Shown in pieces: positions 1 to 12,244 of a stretch of DNA of 64,000 bases. The notes beneath the pieces were generated by a model that was not told where the DNA came from, did no database searches, and saw only the letters and a program-made list of their open reading frames with translations. How positions within the stretch are numbered: the stretch's first letter is position 1; every line of letters begins with the position of its first letter. The position numbers and the translations under genes are program-made. Source of the DNA: Takakia lepidozioides (Eukaryota; Plantae; Bryophyta). The stretch covers positions 67,952,001 to 68,016,000 of the forward strand of contig CM060732.1 in NCBI GenBank assembly GCA_030704615.1, read 5' to 3'.

Positions 1-56
1 TGTCTTTCTTTCTTTCTTTCTCCCCCTTCTTCTTTTACTTAAAAAATTCAAAAAAG

Positions 57-200
57 CTTCTTCTTTTACTGCCCTCTTTACTATGAGATCCGTGGGAGAT
101 TCCACTGTCTGTTCCGTGAAACCCAATCTCTCACACAAGTCTTCCCTTATGAGGATCAGAAATGCTTGGCAGCTTACCTGCACAAAGCTTTGACCCTTAG
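57..200 (+). repeat. Diverged second copy of the 3' end of the LINE ORF (matches 3364..3507)
   Basis: 57..200 aligns without gaps to 3364..3507 (cttcttc...tatgagatccgtgggagattcca...gaggatcagaaatg...cccttag). Confidence 0.9.
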
Positions 201-3200
201 GACATGCGGGCTCAACTCGCTCAGGTTAAGGAGGCTCGAGCACAGGGACACTACGCCGTGTTCCGAATGGCAGAGTCACAGCTCGAGAACAGCAAAGTCG
301 ACCCTCTAACTCCAAATAGGGGTTGGGGTCCCATGAGACCAACTCACGCTCGCATCTGCACATAGGCTCATGGAATTGCAATGGTTCGTTGTGGAGCCAT
401 CCTCAAGGGCTTCTCGATATCCTCTCCAAATGTGATATTCTCTTTCTATTGGAAACACATGCATACGAAGGCAAAGAGCCTCCCCCGATTCGCGGGTATA
501 GTTTTCAGTCAGTCACTCGTCCACGCACAGGACTCAAAGGCTCTGGTGGAGTAACTTGTTACTATGCTGACTGGCTTCTCCCACATATCTCCTTCCAATA
601 CAAAGACCCATTGGCAAGGTACATTTGGTGTCACATCAAAGGCTACCAAACATTCTACTGGCGGGATGTTACTTTGCCCCGGCTGCATCTCCACACAGTG
701 GCCTCCACATGTGAACTGATTCACCCTATGTTCAACTGGAAGAGGATATAGCCCATCTCTGTACTCCACACACAGACATATTCTTGGTTGGCGACTTCAA
801 CGCCCGAACAGGTTCTCTACAGGCTCCAACCTTTGACCCCACGGACCCTCAACACATCCAACACTCACATGGGACCCTGGAGAGGCAAAGTCCGGACGTC
901 TCTAGCGAAATCACAAGCTATGGTCACCATCTACTTAAGTTTTGCGAGATTCAGGGACTTGTCATCTACAATGGCACGACCACTTTCAAATCCTCGAGCC
1001 AGTTCACCTGCCACACGTACAAAGGCCAGAGCGTGGTTGACTATCTCTTGGGGAGCCCCAACACAATTGATAGAGTTAGCTCTTTCTACATCACAAGGTA
1101 CCCAGATTCTGATCACTCTTGCCTTTCCTTTGTATTTCCTTCCATCCCTCTCCACGTCAGGGGGGGTTCCTCTGCTTCTCTCCCTTCACACCCTCGTATT
1201 CACTTCAATACCCCCTTCTCTCACTTACACGACGCTGATTATGAAACCTACCTAGCTTCAATCCTCCCCTCCATCTTTGCTCGACCATCTACTGATGACA
1301 AGGCTACCCACCTAACACATGCTCTATGGGACGCAGCACTGCGCTCCTTCCCAGTCACTCTCCCATCTACCTCCTCACCCCTCTCCACCCGTAGATATGC
1401 ACCTTTCTATGACGAAGAATGCAAAGTGGCTAGACGTCACATCAAATCTCTACTCATAGATATCCATTCCTCTACACAGTCCAAAAAGGCATGAGTATGC
1501 CCAATCTTTGTATCATTCCCCCAAACCAAACTCCCTCTCCCATAACCTCTAAACCCCTACACTTCTCCCTCTTTACTACAACCAACGTCAGCAAGGCAAT
1601 CAAGAAGCTGCGAAATGGCAGGGCATTGGATATTTCAGGGCTACAGGGTGAATTCATCAAGCACGCATCACCCACTTTGGCCCCGTTTATAGCTTACCTC
1701 TTCAATGAGGCAGTGCAACATGGCTTTCCAACAGAGTGGACAAAGAGCATCATCCATCCCCTCTTCAAGAGCGGTGACAGGCTCGCACCGACCAACTGTC
1801 GCACAATTATGGTGTCATCGCTATTGGCTAAGCTGTTTGTGGCAGTGGTGGCCATGGAGTTGGATGATTGGGCTGAATCCTCTCACATACGGGCTAAGGG
1901 ACAAGCTGGTTTCCGTCGCAATAGATCCACTCTTGACCACATCTTCACTCTTCAGGTTATGGTGGAAAGTGCTCGCTTCGACAAAAAACTGGTTTACGTC
2001 TGCTTCGTTGACTTTCACAAGGCTTTTGATTCGGTTCCTCGCGAACTTCTTTTCCAAAGGCTCCAGAAGGTGGGAGTCCCTCAACACATTCTCTATGCTA
2101 TTTCCTCCATGTATGAGATCGTCACTGGCATGGTCAATATCGCAGGGGAATAGCTGAGGTCCATAGCAACATTGGGGTCAAACAGGGCTGCCCCCTCTCG
2201 CCTACCCTATTCGGAATCTACATTGACGCCTTGAAAGTCTACATCTCAAAAAACCATGGAGTTCGTGTGCCATTGGATGGAGGACCAACACAATCAGATC
2301 TCCTCTACGCGGATGATGTTGCCCTTTTGGCACAATCTCCTATCTTCCTACAACGCCATCTCGACATCTTGGAACAGTTCTCCAATGACTATGAGTTGCA
2401 AGTCAACCTTACAAAAACCAAGATCATGGTTTTCAATGGGCAGGCCGACCGCAGATTCTTCCTCAACAATCGGGAGGTGGAGATAGTCAAATCCTACCGA
2501 TATCTGGGGCTGGTTATCCACTCCCCCAAATTCCACTTTGCAGCCACTGCCCTGGACAGATTGACAAAAGGCAAGGCAGCCTCCATCCGCCTTCAGGCCA
2601 AATGCAAGCAGATACACCTGCGCCACCCACCAACCAAGAAGTGGCTGTTTGATAGCGTAGTCACCCCAAATGCCACTTTTGGTTGTGAATTTTGGGCACG
2701 TGCAGTCCCAGTTTCCTGGTGGGAACACAATCTGGAACCATTGCAGTCATCTTTCCTCCAAGCAACGCTTGGCGCCAGAGGCACAACTCCATCGCACATA
2801 TTGAATGCAGAATTCGCCTGTGTGCCACTCCAAACTGAGGCCCTCTTCCGGCTTACAATTTTCCTACATAGGTTACAAGGCCTTCCCCCCAAGGGGCTTG
2901 TGGCCAGGGCCCTCACAACATCTATGAGACTCAAAAATGCAGGCTTCAAACAATCCTGGTATGCCCGTGTGGATACCTTTTTTGAACACCATGGACTCTC
3001 TATAGCTTCACTTTTGCCAGTGAACCCAGAAGAGGTGGAAATCACATCCAGGCATGACCGCAACCAACTCATTAGAAAGGAGCTCATGGAGTTACATGTC
3101 AGGAGAACTTGGAAGTTACCCAACCTCACAACAAAGCTCCATTTCTATCGAGAAACATTCTTGGTTCTCCGGGATGATAGAATCTTGCGGCCCAATTACC

Positions 3201-3643
3201 TTTCGGCCTCTTTATCTCCTTCTCTCCTGAGGGCTTTGGGGCGGTTCAGGGTGGGCTCCCACAACCTACGGATAGAGACTGGCAGATGGGAAAACCTGCA
3301 GCGGGAGGACCGCCTATGTCCTGCTTGCACAGGGCGCAGCCAGGAAATTGAAACTGAAGAACACTTCTTCTTCTATTGCCCCCTATACTATGAGATCCGT
3401 GGGAGATTCCATTGTCTATTCCGTGGAACCCAATCTCTCACTGAAGTCTTCCACTATGAGGATCAGAAATGTTTGGCAGCCTACCTGCACGAGGCATTCA
3501 CCCTTAGACAATCACTCGAACATTAGTTCTTTTCTCTGACTCTGGTTTTCCTATTTTCTCTCATGTTCTTCCTTCCATGTGTCCCATAAGCTCTATGAGC
3601 TTTCCGCGGACGTTATAAAGCACCATTTCATTTCATTTCATTT
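201..3643 (+). mobile_element. Non-LTR retrotransposon (LINE, APE endonuclease + RT, RTE/RTEX-like), frameshifted
   Basis: APE motifs (IGSWNCNG, DILFLLETH, GSGGV, VGDFNARTG, VVDY, SDH); RT motifs (QAGFR, FVDFHKAFDSV, GVKQGCPLSPTLF, LLYADD, YRYLG); C-terminal RFRVGSHNLRIETGRW...CPAC...ETEEHFFFYCP; (CATTT)n tail at about 3624..3643. The 5' boundary is approximate and the clade is inferred. Confidence 0.9.
323..3526 (+). pseudogene. LINE EN-RT ORF broken into four pieces (323..751, 784..1494, 1491..2153, about 2150..3526)
   Basis: Consecutive domain motifs are spread over shifted frames in the ORF track. Confidence 0.88.
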
Positions 3644-3657
3644 CCCCCTCAATGTAC

Positions 3658-3757
3658 CAGGAATGAAGACCGAGACAGTGCCACTGCAGTGATTAAAGTG
3701 AAGGTATTCTCGAATGAGCTCATTGATTATGAGGGTCTGGTTGGAGACTTCTTTGGT
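3658..3757 (-). CDS. CEP20: FOR20/CEP20 (FOPNL) LisH-domain centriolar protein, internal exon
   Basis: cag|ACC...CCT G|gtac; translates TKEVSNQTLIINELIREYLHFNHCSGTVSVFIP, matching the FOR20 'LLINELIREYLEFN.Y..T.SV' LisH motif; phase 0 acceptor matches the upstream donor. Confidence 0.8.
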
Positions 3758-4088
3758 CTGCCCCCCCTGCCCCATCCATACCATCCCACATTCCTACTTC
3801 AGAAGTTTTGACTTTTTCTTCAATGTCTGATGTCAACAATATTTCATAAACTTCCTGACACTTTCACAAGTATCTAACCAACCAACAATAAGTAGTAAAA
3901 CACATGCCAGGAATCAAAGCGGGAAAGAGGTGTGTTTACTGACTGTCGTTGGTGAATGCTAGCTATAACGTTACACTGTTGAGGTGCACAGAATACCATA
4001 CCTCCAGAGTTGGCATCATGCTAAAAGCATGAGATAAATTCTTGCACAGTACCTCAAGCTGTCTAGCTAACAACAATTGTTACTGTTG

Positions 4089-4107
4089 GAGAGAGAGAGA
4101 GAGAGAG
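4089..4107. repeat. (GA)n microsatellite in the FOR20 intron
   Basis: Directly visible. Confidence 0.9.
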
Positions 4108-4112
4108 CTTAC

Positions 4113-4208
4113 CCGCGTGGGATCATCGACTAGCTTGTAGATTTCAGCACGAATTTTAGCCTTCACACTCCCCAGCACTCCACGGCTCTCGAGCACCTCT
4201 TTCAGCGC
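4113..4208 (-). CDS. CEP20: FOR20/CEP20 (FOPNL) exon, FOP/TON1-type N-terminal helix
   Basis: Translates ALKEVLESRGVLGSVKAKIRAEIYKLVDDPTR followed by a gtaag donor, matching 'LK..LE..GVL..+KA+IRAE+F...DD'. The start codon or first exon is not resolved. Confidence 0.8.
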
Positions 4209-5296
4209 CTGGGCTGGTCCCTCCCCACAAACTCAACCTCATTCATCTCTTGCCAATTCCATATGATTCGACGTTCTTCTCTCTCTTCTATCTCTCTCTT
4301 TTGGCCCTGCTTCTGTGGTTCAGTTGTTCTTGATTCCGCGGTTGTATTGTGGTGTCTACTGTGTCCCTTGGGCATCCCAAAGGAGTAATAAAAATTTCTC
4401 TGTCCTTCAAGAATCCCAAAGCCTCTTGCGTGGCTGCAAACAGCCTGCTAAATGCCAACCTTTATTGTTTCCAGCAATCTGGATGCGCACTTACAACGAG
4501 AGTAGGATTGAAAGTGATGGATGTTGGGTTTGAAAATAAAACCTCCATCTTTAACCATTTGCAGGACTTCCCTTCACTAGCAGGTTTAAAATAGGAATGC
4601 ACCAATGTGTATGCGCGTGTGCGAGAGAGAGAGGGAGCACTAAAGAGAGATACAATCCCAAAGAGACATCGTTTTTTCTTTAATCAAAGACAGAATAGAA
4701 CTTCAGGTTATATGATTCAAAGCCGACGACTCGAGTTCGATGTGTACCCACATGCCACCACCGTTAAAACTTGTCCGACATACATTTCAATTGTAGTATC
4801 CACAAGGAGGGTAGAGCTGACTGTGGCCTCGGATTAGAGTAGGTTATTCTCAAGCACGAAGACAATCAACCTGTAGGGGAGGACTCGAATAGACCAGAAC
4901 ACGACACATAGAAGAACCAAAATGGAAGAGTAGACAAACCCCAAACGTTGCAAGTGTATGTGTGTGAATGAGAGCATTGCCTAGTTTAGGATCGGCCATG
5001 GATAGCTTGCTGCATTCCATCGTTGTCTTCTTTCCTGCAATGTCGAGGTCTCAATGGACTCTCTTGCTTGATCTTCCCACCACAAGTATGCCAAGAAAGT
5101 TGCCACACAAGATGCAAATATCATCTGGGCTTTACATCTATCTTCTTGGTATGCAACAGTCAAATACTGATCGTCGCCGAACAAATATGAGGAAATGTCT
5201 CGAGTCTCGACCTTCATTTCCTTCCTTCCTTTCCCTTCAAGCATGAAACTTTAGCCACTTGATTATCTGAATTGAGACAGTCATTTTCTCATAGGG

Positions 5297-7410
5297 ATGG
5301 CGGCGCGCTCCGCTGCTCTCTTGCGCACGCTGGTAGATACAATAGCCATACCCACGGTCCTGTCTTCTCCTTGTTGTGAAAGGGTGGGAGGCCTCAGCAG
5401 ATTAACAGGCCAGGATGTGGAGCGGAAATGGGTACACAGCTTGGCAATGGCGACCCCGAGACCATGGCAAGTGATAGCTATGACGCCTTCCCAGCCTCCA
5501 GGGGAAGAGAAGAAAGGTATTGAGATGCAACTCTGTAAATTTTTGTGGGTCTCAACATTGTGTGCCCTTGACTCAGTCCTGTCCTTGGCCGATCCATCAG
5601 AAACTACAAGCATCCTGGTTGACGAACTTTGCTACATGGTCACAAAGGAGTGCTATCGGACGCCCTTCCCATCAGCATCTGCAGTATCTCCGACAACATT
5701 TGAAGTTTAACATAAATCCATCTTCCTTTTTAGGGGTGAGTAACATGACAGGCTCATGGAGAGCTCACGGAAATCCCGCTGCAGAGTCCCAAGATGTCCA
5801 TGCATTTGAACTCATGTAGAGCACCGGCGTGACTGGTGTTGTCCCTCAGGAACGGCGATAATCACCAGTGACACTGAGGGATGGTTGATGGCAGAGAGAA
5901 ACGTGCTCACTAGCCATTCCCTTCCAAGGCGGATCCCTTGAGGACATACTTCCGGCAAAATAATAACCCTCCCTGAGCCGATTTGTAGGTTTTCAGACCA
6001 CCAGGATATTGAAACGATTCGCAAACTCCACACTGCTCTTGCACAACCAACGGCATAGGGAATTCAGTATTTACAGTATAGATCTTCAAGACCTGAGTTC
6101 CGCAATTGAGGCAATCAGAAGCTGCTGCCAGGTTCTCATGTTGCTGTTGCCCTTGCACACAGGTCAAGGAATGAGCAAAGGATGGCTCTGGCAGGAATGC
6201 TTCTCAGATCCACCACAGGGGTGGGACAACAGATTTGACATGGTGAGGCTGTCTTCTTTGATGATGGAAGATTTTGTCAAGTAGGGCTGTGACCAAATCT
6301 GGCATCATATTGTGCTATGGACTGTATCAAATTGATGAAAATACTGCTGTCTGTCGCAAAATTAAGCAAACGTGGCTCTGTGTTTTTCTTAGTTGTTTGT
6401 TGGATAAGAGGTTGTTCAGTTGTTCCCTGATATTTAAGGTGCTATCCTTACTGGTTTCTGGTCTATGGTAGGCTGTGTTGAATCTATGGCTGTTCAACTG
6501 CCAACTGGTGGTTTTCACAGAAGAGTCCAAGATCACGATACTTCAGGAAGGAGGGCCTCTGGCTTGAGGGTTGGTCGAGCCCTCCTTGGGTGGAAGCAGA
6601 GCTAACCACCTTGAGAGAAGGTCAAGCACAATGTGGTGATCATCCAGATGATGTCCACACACAAGCTGCGGAGGAATGTGAGTTCACCCCACAATCAACC
6701 TAGCTTGAAGGGCGACCTTGGCCATGTCAAGCTTCTTCAGTATCTTCTGCAACACCTATAACCTTTGGTATGTGTGTATTCTTGGGCATGACTGAGGTAC
6801 AGTAAAAGCAGAGAGTGACTAGCAGGAGTTGTCCAAAGCTAGGATAGTTCTACTGAATAGCAAACATTAGCTGGCAAACCTCTCATGTCCTTGCAGTTCT
6901 TGCACAGGTCAAGCATCGAGCAAAGATTTTCTCTTGCAGGAGTTCTCCTCATATCCTTCACCGTGGTGGGACAATAGGGTTGATAAGGTGAGGCTACCTT
7001 CACTGAGGACATGAAAGAATATGTCCCGGGAGACTTCTGACTGAAGCTGTCATAATGATGTTTTGCAGGCAGGGTTGTATGAGTTGCTTAAATCAATGAC
7101 ACTCTTGCAATTCGTTGCCTAAATGCATAAGTAGTTGTGCTGTTGCTATCGGTACATAGTTGTAAAATAGGACCTGGGTTGTATGAGGTTCAAGTTGCAG
7201 CTATGGTTGCTTAGCTTTCTACCAGTCGTTTTCACAGAGAAGCCTTAGATCATCAGACTTCTTTATAAGCGCTCAAAGGAGGTCCTTTGATTGACAGTGG
7301 TCAAGCCCTCCTTGGGTGAAAACAGAGCTATTTTCTGTGATACAAGGTCAAGCCCAATCCAGTGACGGTCCTAATGTACCCCATGGAACTCCTGCTGGAG
7401 AATATAACAA
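5297..7410 (+). CDS. Predicted 5' exons of the plus-strand PPR-DYW gene: N-terminal leader plus two OSB-type PDF-like motifs (exons 5297-5516, 6163-6242, 6521-6677, 6908-6987, 7238-7410; in-frame TGA at 7292)
   Basis: All junctions are GT-AG with compatible phases (1,0,1,0,2). Peptides: WLWQECFSDPPQGWDNRFDM|KSPRSRYFRKEGLWLEGWSSPPWV and FLLQEFSSYPSPWWDNRVDK|RSLRSSDF...SSPPWV. The last exon is disrupted as assembled. Confidence 0.7.
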
Positions 7411-7646
7411 GTATTATCTTGCTCATAATTTAGGGGGTGCCAAGGACGACGTCATTTGCCATAGCCTTGTGGCGGCCATAGACCCCACGCCGAGTTGGGG
7501 CGGAACAAGAACTAAACAAATAGAATGGGTTAGCAAGGAGCCTGTCTCAAGAACAAATCTTTCTTTGAGTTATCCAGGAACCTTGACATATATTATGTGA
7601 TGTTTGAGTCCAAAGTTTTGTAACTAACAGTTATAGACTCATGCAG

Positions 7647-9558
7647 GATGGCAGGTCTGCATGAGGTTGAAGCAGTGGTCTCCACCATGGCTGCTGCTGT
7701 TGAAAGAGGACCAAGAGAGGGAGTCAATAAGAACGCTTCTGGCTCTTCTTGGGATATAAGGACACTATGTAAGGCAGGACAGCTGAGAAAGGCGCTGCAT
7801 ATTTTGAACCAAGAAGGGTATTCTGCAGACTGCAATACTTACGTATGTCTGTTGCAAGAGTGCATCAGAATCAATGACCTAGCAGCTGGAAATCAAGTTC
7901 ATGCCCACATTATCCAAAGTGGATTCAAGCCAAACATCTATCTACTCAATACCCTTGTCAACATGCATGCCAAGTGCGGGAGGTTGGTGGATGCCCGCCG
8001 AGTTTTTGACAACATGCCTCAACGAGACATGTTTACATGGACTATGATGATGGCAGGATATGCCAAGAAAGGGCATGCTGAGGAGGTGTTCAAAATCTAT
8101 GACCAAATGCAACGGAAAGGGGTTGTGCCAGACAGGGTTGTGTTCAGCTGTGTTCTCAATGCGTGTGCTAGCCTAGGAGCCCTTGACAAGGGCAAAGAGG
8201 TCCATGCTGACATCAGCAAAAGTGGAATTGAGCCAGACATCATTCTGGAGAATACCCTCGTTGACATGTATGCCAAGTGTGGGAGCATGAAGGATGCATG
8301 TCAAGTGTTTGACAAAATGGCTCACCAAGATGTGGTCTCACGCAGTGCAATGATCACAGGATATTCTCAGCATGGGTGTGGTAAGGAGGCTTTCTACATG
8401 TATGACCAAATGATACATGACGGCGTGTCACCTGACAGGGTTACATTCATTTGTGTTCTCAATGGGTGTGCCAGCCTGGCAGCCCTGGATAAGGGCAAAA
8501 AGGTCCATACAGACATCCTGAAATCTGGAATTGCGCGAGATATAATTTTGGAGACTGCCCTTGTTGATATGTATGCCAAATGTGGGAATGTACAGGATGC
8601 ACGTCAAGTGTTCAACAACATGGCTCAACGAAATTTGGTCTCATGGAATGTGATGATTGCAGGATATTCTCAGCATGGGTGTGGTAGGGAGGCCATCCAA
8701 CTGTTCGAACATATGCAACAGGAAGGCTTGAAACCAGATGGTATCACTTTTATCTGCCTTCTCTCTGCATGTAGCCATGTGGGCCTAGTGGATGAAGGCA
8801 ATCTCTACTTTGCTTCCATGAGTCGAGATCATGGCCTCACCCCTACAGTGGAGCATTTTGGCTGCATGGTGAACCTTCTTGGCCGTGCAGGAAAATTGGC
8901 TGAAGCACAGGACTTCATTAACAAAATGCCCATCAAACCGCATGCGGGGGTGTGGGGCGCCTTGCTTAGTGCCTGCAGAATTCATGGCAATGTGGAACTA
9001 GCAGAATATGCAGCAAAATGCCATCTGAAGTCACATCCACAGCATGCTGCAACTTATGTGCTGTTATCGAATATCTATGCTGCAGCTGGCAGATGGGATG
9101 ATCAAGCAAAGGTTAGAAAATTGATGGAGGACAGAGGTGTCCGAAAGGAGGCAGGGCGCAGCTGCATTGAGGTGGACAACCAGGTGCATACATTCTTTGT
9201 AGAAGACAAGTTGCATCCACAAATTGGGGCAATCCATGCTGAGTTGAAAAGATTGTCTCGGCAGATGAAGGAAGCTGGGTACGTGCCTGACAGGCGCTTT
9301 GTTCTGCATGATGTGGAAGAGGAGCAAAAAGAATTTTCTCTTTGCCACCACAGTGAGAAGCTGGCCATTGCTTTTGGGCTCATCAGGACACCCCTTGGCA
9401 CGCCAATCCGTGTCAACAAGAACCTTCGGGTGTGTGGAGACTGTCACACTGCCACCAAGTTCATCTCGAAAATTGTCGGGCGATCTGTTTTTCTACGGGA
9501 TTCCAACCGCTTTCACCACTTTGAAGACGGAGTTTGTTCTTGTGGGGATTACTGGTAA
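7647..9558 (+). CDS. PLS-class PPR protein with E and DYW deaminase domains (RNA editing factor), terminal exon
   Basis: 636-aa ORF with repeated LVDMYAKCG...A.QVFD.M...D PPR motifs, E domain, HHSEKLA (HxE), CGDCH (CxxC) and terminal DYW; preceded by a cag| acceptor at 7646. Confidence 0.97.
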
Positions 9559-9676
9559 ATCAAGCAACTTGCATGAAAGAAAGTGCACAGAAAAAAATTG
9601 TGGACTCTTGCCGAAGTAAGCGTAACTTCTGGAACCCCAAAGGGCTACTGCTTCCGATGAAGGTGGACACCTGTAT

Positions 9677-9764
9677 GACATCCAACACACATATGTGGTT
9701 TTGAACCCACAACCACCAGTGAAATGGTATTATGCCCTAACCACATGACTATCTATTGGATGTC
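9677..9764 (-). mobile_element. tRNA-like/SINE relic
   Basis: The minus strand has A-box-like tagtcatgtgg and B-box-like ggttcaaaacc in a gtgg/ccac stem, framed by the 9-bp inverted repeat gacatccaa/ttggatgtc. Confidence 0.35.
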
Positions 9765-11189
9765 TTGGTTGTAGAAAACCCTATGCAGAGGAGTTGTGGA
9801 TGGTTTACAACGGAGTGTGTTTCACCTGCATTTCCTGTCTGTTCCTCCACATGGACAACATCTGGCCTGTAAAATCAGATGTGAAAGATTGAGACTATGA
9901 AGGTTATTTTGCAACAGGTCCTCAGAGCAACATACTGGAATCAGTCTTGTCACAAATGAACCGGACTGATGGTTCAGGAAGTTCGTACAATCTCTCAAAA
10001 CCCAGAGTTGGTTCCACAGGCCGAACTCAGTCCTGGACCATCCAAGGCTCGATCTATATCCCTCATTGAGATTATCTTAAAATACTTGTCAAATGAACCC
10101 TTGCAGGAGAGCTAATCGTTGCAGCACCATGGTCAGAAGAGCATGGTGTTGGGAAGAACGAAGAGTTGGAATGGACTCAAAATGGTTGTAAAGGTGTGCT
10201 CACCAGAAGCAGCATCTAGGGAAAGCTATTTTAATGTCCTTACACAGATGGACATGGCAACTTGCGGAGATGTCTCGGTGGGGTGGATTGTTTTGGCCAA
10301 ATGCAGAGGCAACAAAGACCTCAATATTTCACAACCATGATGGCTTGGGGTTTTTGGAGTTAGAAGGGTTTGGGCAGGTTCTCATGGACTGCAAGGGGAT
10401 GTCGTCACAAGCATCAAGTTGGTTAAGTATCTTCACTGCAAGGGAGTCTTGCACCGGTAAATTAAACCAGTAACATGCTTATCTTAATGGAAAAGGATGA
10501 GAAAGTTTTGAAGCTGAATGTGACTATTACCTTGCTTGTTTGACTACTGAAACTGCTAGCTTGAGGCAAATGGTAGGTACTCATAGTTTTGAATCACTAG
10601 TTAACAGATCACCCTACAGGAAGGAGGATGATATTTTCTCATGACTGATTGGCATTTTTGAGGGCAATATGACAACTCCCAAAATGATGGGAAACTTTGT
10701 ATCTTGATTCATGTGCTTGACAGGAGGCAGAGTATCTCCAGTCAATGTCAACTGATCCCAGAGCTGTCTGAACCAGTGTCATTATTGTAAGTGTTGCAGG
10801 TGCTTTGTAGGTGGAGAATCATCTAGACCAACTATAGACGAGCCTTTGATACAGATGGCTGGGCACTGGAGAACTATGAGCTGCAGTACATCACTCAATG
10901 GCATGATCTGAGTGGAACAGCATGCAATCATAAATGGGTTTTAAAGGTCAGCCAAGGGCAGCGCGACTACTGTCATATGTACAGTTATACTTAAAAACTT
11001 GCTCCACACCATTTCCACCCATGAGATTGTGTAATCTGCCATGATGGGAAATGTGAATGAATTTGCCCTTATGCAGTAGAGGAGAGAAGACTCTGGCCGA
11101 GGTCAGCATAACTAAGTGCCACTTCACCATGACTATGCTCCCTTTTGGGGGTGGGCACTATAAGTTTGGGGTAGAAGGAGGGCTTGTTA

Positions 11190-11480
11190 ATGGGTTGGTG
11201 GTTTTCTAGTTTGCGGTTGTTGGTGATGATATTTGTGAGCGAACGAATAGCGGTGGATTTCTTTGCAGGAGGTGGAGATTGAAGGGGTACAAGGTCGGAG
11301 TGTATGGAATTCAATTTGGTGATGACAATGAGTGGCCCCACTTGCCAACCCCGTTGCCTGAGGGCAAGGATAAGGGTGCATATTTTTCTCATATAGCTCG
11401 TTTAGAGAGGAGAGCTTGTCCAGAATGTCGGTTGTGACAGTAAATGAATCAGTAAATAAATTCCACAGTGAGATGGTGAT
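11190..11480 (-). mobile_element. Relic 3' end of a restriction-like-endonuclease (RLE) non-LTR retrotransposon
   Basis: Across frames: VEFIY..CHNR...ALLSKR...EKYAPL/LALRQRGWQVGPLIVIT, resembling the RLE 'E...K..KY..L...GW.V.P+++' signature. Confidence 0.5.
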
Positions 11481-12244
11481 ATCGCCCCAAAGCTTTTGAC
11501 ATAGACATTCTCGTGCCCATTTTATCTTTCTGCATGGCATGAGACAGCAACCTGGACATCAGAATGATGGTTCTCTAGGCAGGTTTCAATTTGTAGCTAT
11601 GCACATCATGATTAGGGGTGCAATTGTCTGGTCAAGGATGGAAACTCTTGCATTTGTATAGACAGTGCGACAGAGAATAAAACATTTCTCATTCTCCTGG
11701 TGCTTCATTACATTCAGCTCACTGTGTTTTGTAAGGCCAAGAAATTCATGTTTGTGTCCTGAACCCTTCATTTGTTGGTCTATAAACAACACAAAGTTTT
11801 TGGCAAACATGAGACTTGCATTGGCTAAGGCTTCAAGTGTACACCTTTTATGTAGCAGAAATAGTTTGAATCATGTGCAGAACTGAAAGCAGTCACCTCC
11901 AGTTTGGGAATTTCATCTCTCTCGGGAACTGTGGAAAAATATCCAGAAGCCATCCTACTTGGGGCTCGTGATCTTGCCCAATCTCAAGTACCCAGTCTTC
12001 CTCATTTTGCTCCTTGTGGACAACTCTGCCGTACCTACACTGCTGCTTATACTGAATCATGTCATCAACTTGGGCAGCTAACAGAAAGTGCAGTAGTCCC
12101 TATCATATTGTTTCTTCCAGCTTACACTTTCAGTCACAAAATAATGGACCTTTCTGCCCTATATTTGGAGTAAAACACTTGTCATTCATGCATGCTGCCT
12201 GTTTCACTCTCATGGATGCACGTTCTAGAAATGGAGGGCTTGAT

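Noticed and set aside
7292-7294. TGA repaired by U-to-C editing
   Set aside because: The gene is nuclear, and the stop results from local indels.
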